From contig NMRA01000456.1 of NCBI GenBank assembly GCA_002633005.1, forward strand, positions 267,410-313,299: a stretch of DNA of 45,890 nt. Reading direction: 5' to 3'. Shown here one piece after another: positions 33,301 through 45,300 of this stretch. The stretch comes from Phoronis australis. Its lineage: Eukaryota; Animalia; Phoronida. A program made the translations under genes and the position numbers. Position 1 is the first letter of the stretch. Each line of letters opens with the position of its first letter. The notes under the pieces are model-generated. The model was not told the DNA's origin. It saw nothing but the letters and a program-made list of their open reading frames with translations, and did not search any database.

Positions 33301-36300
33301 CACATATAAAATTAACTTAATGTTTGTAACTTAAAATTGTTCTCTTTACATTTTCTAGATTTATCGGATCTCGTGCTATCTTGTCTGGTCCAGCAGGGGG
33401 CGTTGTTGGTTATGCACTATCCTCGTATTCAAAAGAAACCAAGACACCAGTTATTGGGTTCGACATGGGAGGTACAAACATACAGATTTAGTTAGTGTAG
33501 TGTGCTTTAGACAATCTTAAACTTGAACTTTCGGAATGTACAGCCAAATTTCACATATTATACCCTTTGAATGCCTAATTACTACTCAGAGTGAGCTCGG
33601 GTAACTCTACACCTTTTAAATTTCAACCAATAACTTTAATCAAAAGATGTCAGCACTCATCTGTTGTTTTGCATGCATACACTTGCCCCCGTGTATTATT
33701 AAGATGTCTTCATGTACTCTTATTAAAACGTTCAGAGGAGATTGAATGCTTGAAATAGTTATGCTACAAGTGCATTGATCTTGACTGTATATTGGATTGT
33801 TTTGCAGGTACGTCAACAGATGTCAGTCGGTATGCTGGTCATTATGAGCATGTGTTTGAGAGTACAACAGCAGGGGTGTCTATGCAAGCACCACAGGTAC
33901 ATAGGTTAATGGAGAACAAATATTTGTGTTTTACAGTGGGCATTGTGCTTTGAAACATAGAATGCTTATTCTGTAGAACATGTGAAAGTGAGTCAACTGT
34001 GCAGAGGATGAAAAACTCCATTCATCATTATATCTCTTCAATTACAGTAAACTGTGTCATTTGTTTTAAATTCTGTGCCTTGAAAAAGAAACTTTGAGAT
34101 TCCTGGAATACAAAATGCTGTACTACTTCACAGTAAAACCATTTCTTAGTATTCATATTTCAGAGCATTATGGCATTTTCCATTGCACCCAACTTGTTCA
34201 ATTTCTATAGCCCAACAACAAAATGAGAAAACCACCTCTGTAGCTAATATCTTACACGACTAATTAACTCCATTCTGGCATCGATGGTTGGAGGGCCAGC
34301 ACTCTTTTGTTCGATAATTGCTCTAATCTTCAATAAGATGGTGTCTAGCCTGACTGGGCTGTGGTGTTAAAAATAAAAGTTAAGTTATAACATATTTGAA
34401 CATAAATCAATAGCATTTCTGAATTCTTTGTCAAATGCTGTTTTGTTATGAATATACAGTACAAGGCAAAAGTGTTTCCTCGTCATTATGTGTAATTCTG
34501 TTAACAGCAAAACTGACTGGTAATACTATTGTACTTGTCAGTGAAGTCGTAAATAACTGCACTAAAAGATCTCGCACTGACAAACACATTAAGTTTGAAT
34601 AAAATAATGCAGCGACATGTTTCGGTAGTAAAACATCATCCACCATTCATTTTCAAGCTTTATTCAGAGAATGGATGCCAGGATGGCTACAGGTATAACT
34701 TTACTTATTGACAATTGTTGTGCAAAATTCTAATTGCCAATTGGCTTATCCTCCTTTCTAACTTCTCTGTTAATTCCCCATTCTCAGTCATCAGGGGAGA
34801 CTACTCAGACAACTAATTCTGCTTCCGCCCAGATGGGTAATTCTGAGTCATTTTATCTGAATACTTTTGGCTTGCACTTTAGTTCATTGCTCATTTATCT
34901 TCCATTTGTGCTCAGCTGGACATCAATACAGTGGCTGCGGGTGGTGGATCTAGACTGTTCTTCAGGTCTGGCATGTTTGTGGTGGGTCCTGAATCAGCAG
35001 GGGCTCACCCAGGGCCAGTCTGCTACAAAAAAGGTAAGTATCCTGTGCTTTGTGACAGTGGAAGTCAGAAATATGTGTCAAATAAATTGTAAATAAAAAT
35101 GGCAAGGATTCCTGAAATAGTGCTGGGGAGCTTTCCGCAAGGCTAGTTTTTGCTAGATATCACCTGTCAAAGGCAAGTATTCTGTTAGCCAGCTAGCTAG
35201 CTGTATGGAGACTGTCATCAAAATACAGCTAGGTACCACTGTGTGTTGAGCTCTGTTAGACCCCGAAATACTGCACAGCCCAGGTAGTTTTGCTCGTCAC
35301 CTCATCATGAAACTTATATTCCTATGTTGTCTGAGCTAATGACTGGCGGGGGTGAGTGCTTGCAAAATCATTTAGTCAACCGACACTCACCTTGCCCGTT
35401 GCAGCCGTTTAAGTAAAAATCAATCTAATAATCATTTTCCTGCATAATTCTCCGCCATTTGTAACAAAGAAAAGTCATCGTTTTGAAAACAGTACGCTTG
35501 CGACACGCGCACACGCCATTTCCTAAAATTTTGGGACATCTCTCTGGAGATGATGGCAGCTTTGCAGCAGCAAAATTTATTCTGGAATTCGGTTCGCTGG
35601 TATTAAAGTACTAAAAACTTGCCACGAAATGAAAACAGTTCCGATAACTTGTTGTGACATGTATGCAACCTTGTGGAAGAAGAACAGTTGATTGAAAAAT
35701 CGGGGGAAAACGAAACTGGCGAATTGGTGACACATTATTTCATGGTGCTGAAAGCTGACGCAAATGATTGCTCTACAACTTTAGCAGTAGAAAGCCAATT
35801 TTGCTGGTAAATAACTTAGTTTGCTCAGGGAAGAGTTTAGTTTTTAATGACCGTAAGTTAGTCAGATTTTGTTTGACCAGTTTTTTACCCACATAGGCGC
35901 AAAGCTGTATATTTAGTACACAGAATTCTAGCCTTGGTGCAAAGCTTTATATTAGTATACAGCTTTGCACCAAGGCTGGTATTCTGTAAGTAAACTCGTT
36001 ACCTTAATAACGCACACTAGCAAATTGGCTGGCCAAAGAGTTGATTGAATGGCTGGACCAGAAAGTTGAGTGATGGGAGAAAACTCCTTATTTCTACTCT
36101 GTCAACCAAGACTACTTTCTGCAAGTGTTGGACTACTGACCAATGTTTAAGGAATGTGTCCTTGACATTATGCCTTTTTAATCGGCTTTGCTGTCTTCGG
36201 AGTTATCATTTTGTTCTTGAAAGATGGAGTAAGTTGTGATGAAGTGTTTTGTCACCTTTTCAGGTGGTCCACTGGCTGTCACTGATGCCAATCTGGCCTT

Positions 36301-39300
36301 GGGCCGCATTCTTCCTGAATACTTTCCAAAAATCTTTGGCAAGAATGAGGACCAGCCTCTGGACAGGGCTGCCACACTCTCAGCTTTCAAAGAGTTGACC
36401 CAAGAGGTATAGTTTGGATTGAGAGCATAGTGAAACAACTGGTTGTTATGAATTTAGTGGGTTTAGAGAAAAAGCATAGTTTTACATACTAGGTAAAGGT
36501 AGGGGTTGAGGCGCATTGAAGTGTTGTTTTCAAATAAATTTGTAAATGTATACCGACATACTGTGAACTACACTCTATGTTCTATAACATGTTAGTGAAT
36601 TTCACATAATAAATATGATTAATACTCCAGCTGGATTATTATACAGCTGATTTAGTCTATATCGTATCGCTTAGGTGAAGGTTAAATTTCTGTTCGGTAT
36701 CATTGTCCATGTGTCTTTCACTGTACCTACTGTTTCAATGGTTTGATATTGCAGGTGAATACGTTTCTTAGTGAAACTGGTGAACATGGTACAAAGTCAG
36801 TGGAAGAGGTTGCCATGGGTTTCATCCGTGTTGCCAATGAAGCAATGTGTCGTCCAATCAGAGCGCTCACGCAGGTTAAATCTGGTTTGAATAAACAATT
36901 CGCTTGATGATCTTTGTTATAAAAATAAGAGTACAGTGCATCAGATGTGCGCAGGCCTCACAAAACACCTAACACGAGAGCCCTGTTCGTCGTGAAAGAA
37001 GGTTTCAAGTCTACCTGCCTCCTTAAAAAAATGGTCAGATTTTTCCATTTGTTGCCATGCAGTATATGCTGTGGGCATGTAACAGTAGGCTGTTCTTTGG
37101 CCTATAAAAAGCTAGGCATTAAAGAGTCTACCAGGTGTTTAGGGGTTTCAACATCTGATGAGTACCACACATGGGACACACTGTGCTCCCCATATGCCCA
37201 GTGATCTGGTCAGGCTAAGTTACCGTGACTCATCAACACTTGAATGACATGTCTTATGCTCAACCTACCAAGACTCAGAAGGTTACCCAGCTTTCTGCAT
37301 CTGCAACAGGAAGGTTTGGAGAACAAATTCCAGCACCTGCCTGGCCATTTTCCAGTTTATAATTGTTCGTGTAACAAACCACCTCATTCTTGTATTCTGT
37401 GGTAGGACATCCGATCTTTGTTATAGTTGGTCATGAACTTTGGCTATTGGTTGAAATCTGCCGACAACCGGTACATCAATGAAACGCTGTGATGAAGAAT
37501 TGATAATGATTACGAAAGATCTAAATTGTTATGCCTTTTATTGAGTGAAACAGCGGTCAAAAATCATCCTAAGTTGATGAAAAAGATGTTTCAACACTGA
37601 AAACCCTGTTATCATAAATGCTGGGCAAGCATATTGTGTCTTCATCTTATTCATTGTTTTTTCAGGCTAAAGGTCATGACACCTCGCGCCATATCCTGGC
37701 TTGTTTTGGTGGCGCCGGTGGTCAGCATGCTTGTGCTATAGCTCGCTCGCTGGGAATGTCAACAGTCTTAATACACAAGTAGGTCTCTGGTGGATTGATA
37801 CTATTTATGTTAATGGGTTAATCTTAGAATTTAGTCTGTGTTGTTTTACAATTCGTTATATTATGTTTAATACATTTTTGTTGTATTTCAACTCAGTTGC
37901 TGTTATGCTTTATTTTCTTGTGATTCCCATGTACATTTGTGAACTAGATAAGTCAATGTTACATGGTGATACAAAATTTTGCCAAGCATGCTACTCTGTC
38001 GGCCATTTTCCAACTTTTTGCTTTATGCAGCTGTACCTCCGAGGTTCTTTAAAAGATTCTTCAGCAATTTGTTATGTAGATTAGGATCCGATTTGGCGAG
38101 TAGCAGCTCACATTTTGCGAGCTGAAATTGCCATTAGCGGCCTGAGCCAAATGCGACTTCAGTTTTTCGTTGCTCAACTCGCCAACCGCGACCTCGGTTT
38201 ATGACATTGCCGTTCCTACACTTGCAAAACTGATCAACTAGCACTTATTACATAACAGCAATAAAAAACGACCCGTGAAAAGCGCTCAGCGCTGGTCAAC
38301 TTTTGTTGCCATTTGTCAATCTTGTTAATCCACAGGCGCTTGAAAAATAATACGCTCGAACAACACCTCCTACACAGGAGAGCAAGCGACTCTCTACAGG
38401 CCGTGAGTGAACTTTGGTAAAGTGGGATTTAAGCGTCTGTGGTTTCCTCGTCTGCTTTTCATGGCAATGGCGATAAGAGAATTTGCAGCATCCAGTTTCA
38501 GGCTCAGGATTGTACCAAATCCTGTGGCCAATAGGGCGCCCAGAGACAAAATTAATAGACGGGATGGAATAGTGGTTGCCAGAGGAAATAGTGGTGATGG
38601 GAGGAGGGGGAGACAATAATCATAACGTAAAATTGCCGTGAGGACTTGACAGTGACCTCAGGGGTCTCGCACTCCACTGATTTATCCACATTATTTTGAA
38701 AACGCTTTGCCCAGTCACACATTGTGTGTCATAAAAGAGATAAGCATACCAGCAGCTGACGCAGCAAGTAGATCTACTCTCGTTTATCACATTGGTGTAG
38801 ACTCTCAGTTGAACTGTAGTTTTCTGTAGACCCCAGACCGTCCCGAGTTGCACCATATACCAACTCCGGACGGTCTCTCACGACGATTAAGCGTTATAGA
38901 CTACAGGGGGGGCGGGNATGACTACAGGGGGGGGAGGAAGTAGAAGCTACTGAGGTGACCAGGAGAAAGTGGTGACCGTCGGGGAACAAAACAGTTGCGA
39001 CAAAGAGAGAAGAGACCTGGTCTGCCACCAAGCGGTAGCACAAGCGACACCTATCGGACGTCTGAAGTACTTAAATTTGGCGACCTCAAATCCGAAATGG
39101 CGAGCTAAGATGTTACCCGACTCGCCAATTGCGAGTTGGTCGTTTTCTTTACTTTGGATGCTGTAGATAGATCTCATCAATTGATTTGTGGGGTGTGCCA
39201 TCTATTTCTCACAATGACTTACTGGTCATGAATTATTCGAGATTCTCAATGTTTTTTCAACATTTTATGATGACTGTTGTTATATTTCTCACTATGTTGT

Positions 39301-42300
39301 TAGTTGCCCCCATTGCATAAACTTTTGTTCAGTTGAGAATTTTTCACCAATGTTTGATGATGGCGATGATGTGATGATGTCGTCGTCTTTAGTGTCAGAG
39401 GAGTCATCGTCTTATGCCTCGTTGTGACATGGTCATGATTGTTGTCAGGGACATCAATATCGTTGACATCATTGGTTTTGGAGGTGGCGTCAGTGTCGAC
39501 AGTGAAGTCAAATGAATATTTTTGACTTCTTAGTTCCTGATCATTGTCCGTGCATCAGTGTTATAGTCTTTGTTTATGATGCTGTCATGGTTGCTTACAG
39601 TGCCGTTGACATTGTTATTATCTTTGAAGTCATCCTCTGCATCCTAGTTTTTGTTGTGGGTATCAATGATGTGATGATGTTGTCGTGTTCGTTGTCGTCT
39701 TTGGTGTCACTATGTTTGTTGCTGTCCTTGCTTTTTCAGTCCCATTTTCCAGAGCAGATTCAGTTCAAATGTTGGTGCAAGCCTGGAAACCATTTTCTTT
39801 TGTATCCAAGTTTTCCTTCGCTCTGTTGCATCTATCCCCTACCAAGACCATTATTAATAACAAATAAAAAACGAAAGCAATTTTTGTATTTTCATCTAAA
39901 GTTGACATGTCAACAAAATGCTCATTTTCATTTCCAGGTACGCAGGTATTCTGTCTGCTTATGGCATGGCCCTGGCTGATGTTGTACACGAGGCCCAAGA
40001 GCCATGTGCCAGTGTGTACGAGGAAGGGAGTTTCTGTTACATCGAGGCAAGGATCAAGGTGTTGTCAGAAGAGTGTATCTCCCAACTGGAGTCACAAGGT
40101 TTTGACAGGTAGTGTGTACATAACGGTCTTTGTATGTGATGCAGAATTGTTAATCTTTTGATTCTCAAAGCTAAGATTAATTTTTGTCCAATTTATGCAC
40201 CCATATATATGCGTACATCCATCGCATCTCCTAAACGCTTTCCTGGCAGGATTTTTATGCGCCCACATATTGCCGTCATCTCTGTCTGGGCATCAGGTGT
40301 CCACAGCTGTATCTCCGAAACCCTTCACAGGATCTTGATTAGATTTCGCAGATGTGTTCTTATGAAACTGACAATGGACGATGACGAATTTCAAACCTCT
40401 CTTACTACCGGTGTGCCCCCTGGTGGCAATTTTAGTTTTTTTACGCTTACCTCTGTATCTTTGGAGGTCCTCAACGGATTTTCATAAAATTTGGCAGTTT
40501 GTAAAATGATACCATCCTCCCGTTTTTGGATGGATTCGAGGTACTTTGTGCCACCTAGTGGCTATTTTTACTGTTTTCAAGTTGTAACAACAAATTTCGG
40601 ACCTCTCTGACTACTGGTGTGCCCCCTAGTGGCAATTTTAATTTTTTACTCTTATCTCTGCAGATTTGGAGGTCCTCAACAAATTTTCATAAAATTTGGC
40701 AGTTAGGCATCTGTTCGTGAGGTGATGCGATCCTCCCGTTTTTGGACGATTCGAGGTACTTTGCACCACCTATTGGCCATTTTTACTGTTTTTGAGTTTT
40801 TTGGCGTCTGCCTTTCTATCAACCAAACCGCTCTAGGGTTGATTTTGAAAATTGGCATATATACTGTGAAGAAGGCGGCTGACAATAATTTTCCGATGAC
40901 TTGGAGTACTATGGCACCTCCTAGTGGCAGTTTTGTTTGTTTTTGCGCCCATGGCTGTATCTCCTAAATGCTTTACAGGATCTTTATTAAATTTGGATGG
41001 TATGTTTATAATTATGAAGTTGACAACACAGGATGACAACTTTCGGACGGATCGGGCTACCGATGTGCCTCCTAGGGGTAATTTTATTTTTTTACGTTTA
41101 CCTCGAGTCTGTATCTTTAAAGGTCGTCAATAGATGTTCATCAAATTGTGCAGTTAGGCATCTATTAGTGAGATGACGCTATCATCCGGTTTTTGGTAAA
41201 ATTCGAGGCTCTTTGCACCACCTAGTGTCCATTTTTACTGTTTTCGAGTCTTGTCTGCCCCTCTGTCAACCAAACCACTCTAAGGATGGCTGTGAAAATT
41301 AACATGTATGTTCCTAATGTGAAGCGCAAGTCTGGCGATGATTTTTCGACGACTTTTTCTACTTTGGTGCCTCTTAGTGGCAGTTATGTTTTTTTGCTCA
41401 TAGCCTCTTAGTGGCAAATTCATTTTTTCGTTTTCCTCTGTTTTCTCAGATGTTCCTTGACGGATTTTTATGAAATTTGGTAAATAGCTTTGATGACACA
41501 TACAAGTTTTCAGATGGATTTGACATATTTTGCGCATTCTAGTTGCCATTTTTATGTTCCAAATAAACATCCCTAGAGCTACACCATTAGCGGTGCGTTC
41601 GTGGGCGCATTTCAATGCTCTGCGTTTCTCTTGTTGAAGAAATTTGTCAGGTGTGTTCCTTTGAACACGGTGATGAATGAGAACATCTTTTGTGCAAACT
41701 CAAGATACGTGTTAATTATTCTGTGCTTGAGTGCATTATGGTTTATACATATGCATGTGCACTTGATGACCCCGAGATATGAGCAACAACCTCCAGAAAA
41801 AACTCGAGAGATTTCAAGTAAGAACTTAAAGACATTTCGTATTCAGATTCAGACTTTTACCTTTAATAATGGGACATCAGGAGCAAAATTGTAAGTGTAA
41901 GGCATTTTGTACTCCAGTATAGAATTATGCCCCTGTATCTTGAGTTCGCACAAAAGTAGAATAGAAAATGACATAAGTAATCTCTAGTTCAATTTTGAGT
42001 AAAAAGATTCAACCCTGAGCCCTCAACCAATTACGGTTTTTTGGCCTAACACTTATTTTTTATCGATTTCTTAACATAGCCCATGAGATTGATGTGTGAA
42101 TTTGGTTGTTGGTATAATGCTGTGTACTTCTCTTATTAGGGGGCAGATTTTCACGGAGCCTTTCCTGCACCTACGCTATGACAAGACTGACTGCGCCCTT
42201 ATGTGCTCAGCTGAAAACCAACCTCCGTCTTCCTCCTCAACTTCTTTCGGAGATTTCCGAGCAGCATTTACTGAGCGTTATGCCACTGAATTTGGTTTTA

Positions 42301-45300
42301 CAATACCTGATCGAGCAATATATGTGGATGACATCAGAGTACGAGGTGTTGGTCGAAGTTTAGTTGGAACGGAACAGGAAATAGAGAAGGCAACAGCGCC
42401 ACCTCTTAGTGAAAAGGTGCGGATGATGTTTGTTGAAAATGAAACAAAAGAAAAAATTTGTTCAGTGAAGTTTTCTTATTCGTAATGATGTTTGTGATGA
42501 TACCGTTGTTTATTATATTTCACAAATTATTGGACACAAACATTAAAAAAATTTTTTTTAATCACCGTATCCGTAATTGCATTTGATAAAAAATAGTTGA
42601 GTCTTCAAATGTTCAAAGTTCAGTTTGTTATGATTTTAGTGTCCATTATGAGGCAGCATGACTGTTTTCTCCTATGTCTGTTTTTGTCTGTAGGTTGTCC
42701 AGTGTTTTTTTGATGACGGTTACTCTGACACGCATGTGTTCAATTTATCCTCTCTCTTGGCCGGACACACTGTCAGTGGACCAGCTATTATCATTGACAA
42801 GAACAGGTCAGTGATGGGACATTTTATATTGCTCGTTCTGTCAGTGCTGATATTCATGGTCTTTGTGCTGCTTCAAAGTTTTATAAGTGCCAGCCAATTC
42901 CTAATTTGTATTTGGCTGTTGAGTACATTCAAACTGATGGTAAAGGTAAAGTAACTGTCTCACGCAGCGTCATTTTCATAAACCTTTGTTTATGTTCATG
43001 TTTTGGGTAGAATCCTTTGTTTTGGTGTGTTATTACGGCAAATAAGTTTTTAATCAAACATCATAAAGCTGTGGACTGAGCATATTTCATAGATTGGTTC
43101 ATAGAACTCTGGAATACCAACTTCAATCTCGCACTGTTGAGGTTTCGCTGCGCATGCGTGGAATTTGTTTGCATTCATTTGTTCTGGTGTTAGTTATTCC
43201 TGTGGAATTTACTGTGTCGCTAACACTATTCTCAACTTTGCTGTTTTTCAACTAAATTTCATAAGAGGCATATCATTAGAAAGCCCTTTATCAGTTCTTG
43301 GTGGTACATAGCAAAAGCAATCGATACATAATTTAATTCATTTAATAACCGTAATTTTGCATACCTGACAGGTTTAAAAAATAATGTTTATTACCCAAAT
43401 GAGAAACTATTAGGGTGTAATAGTGTCATAAGAAAGCAAAAGAACCAGAGAGGCTATATAGATGACTAGTTAAGCCAGCAGGGAAATAATTTCAATGATT
43501 CAAGAGATTTCTATACTATCAAGACCAAGATTTTAGAATATAGATCCCTCACAGTTGCTTAGAAGAATTTAGTCGGGCACTTAATCAAAATTACACATCT
43601 TCTTATATTAATTGAGCATTTAGTGCTGTTTCATTCAGTTCTTCAGTAAACATTCAGGATGCAGTGTTATTTACAAAAATCTGATAAATATTAATTACTC
43701 CAAATACCTAATATCCAAAATTTGCAGATAAAAGCTTTCTGATAGATAAAGAATGAGCAAGCTTCTATTGTGTAAGTTTGAAATGTGCCGTGTATAGATC
43801 ATCACATGGGCTGCAGTGTAGGACTTTCCGTAGTAGTTTTTAAATAAACTCATTTCTTCAGAAAGTAAAAATTAGTGATCCTGATACGTGCAGTGTGTGT
43901 AACTGTAAATAAGAAACATTGGAACACATTTTTGCGATTGTTATGTTACTAAAGAAATTGACTCTGGATAACAATATTCATGACAAAGAGACAAATAAAC
44001 ACCTGTTTCATAGCTGTCAACATTCAAGAATGAAAAACTGGGACAATTGGATTGGAAAGTGGGACTTCCGGACTATGATTTTTTTTTACAAAAGTGGTAT
44101 TCAGTTATCTAGCAAGTAATTTTAAGCTATCTAGCACTTTTCAGTAACTTATTTTTAAAACATTCCATTTTGTCACATTTGAAACTGTTCAATTCCAGCA
44201 CAATTCTAGTGGAACCTAACTGTACAGCTATTGTTACAAACCAAGGAGATATCCATATAAAGGTTAGTGGAATGAGTGATAACAGTTGGGTGTTATTCAC
44301 TTGGGTTTTGCCACTTGTGTCTTGTCATGTGTGTCTTGTCATTTATGTCTTGCCACATGTGTCTTGCCACTTGAGCCTTGTCACTCGTGTCTTGTCACTT
44401 GTGTCTTGTGACTTGTGTCTTGCCATGTGTGTCTTGTCATTTATGTCTTGCCACGTATGCCTTGCCTCTTGTGTCTTGCCATGTGTGTTTTACTGTTATT
44501 CTTCACTTATTTTACACACAATACTGCCGACGAGTGAAATTCTGTATTTGCGAAATTTCTCCACAAAAATAAAGATTAAGAAAATGTTAGTCACTTTATA
44601 ATGAGCTTACTTTGTTCTGTGTTGATGTCATGAAACAATTTCAAGTTCTCAAGTTTTCATCACTTGCAACAAGGTAACCAGCTTTAGAAAATTGGAAATA
44701 TTTTTGTGCAAAATAAGTGAAGAACTATTGTATCATGTGCCTTACCATGTGTGTCTACTGTGCAGCTGTCTGACAAAGATCCAGAGTCAGTGGGGTGCCA
44801 AGCCAGTGGACAAGGAAGTGCAGCTGATTGTGATCAAAGACGTGACTGATGGAAATTTGCATTTTTATGAGCCCGCATATTTACATGTGTCTGAGCTTGG
44901 GAAAAGCTGACAGTTCACTAATGCTGCTTAAACATGCACTTGTAACTGGATCTAAATGATATTGTTGAGCTTATCATCTACCTAAGCTATATCTTGGAAT
45001 ATCATTAATGAAACAGGACTCTGCAACTAATTTCTGACACCCCCTGTGTTTAGTTTGCCTGTGTTATTGTGCCAGTAAGAAACAGTGTCTATTTACAGTC
45101 CAGTACATTTCACCTACTGCGTTACTTCTACAGGTCAGCCGCAGTACTGTGCATGAGATCACCACTGAACTGGATGCCATTCAACTGTCTATCTTTTCAC
45201 ACCGCTTCATGAGTATTGCTGAACAAATGGGAAGGTAGGCTGCACTTACTGCTGAATCACTCCTTTTGTCATTTTCACTCATTTCATAATAGCTGAGCAC

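Noticed and set aside
37130-37195. Hammerhead-like core CTGATGA-GTACCA-CACA-TGGGAC (similar traces at about 18709 and, on the minus strand, about 34620)
   Set aside because: The GAAA and/or CUGAUGA catalytic nucleotides and stems I/III are not intact; at best these are decayed retroelement remnants.
38900-38936. Short duplication GACTACAGGGGGGG around a single N
   Set aside because: Typical contig-join overlap at a G homopolymer.
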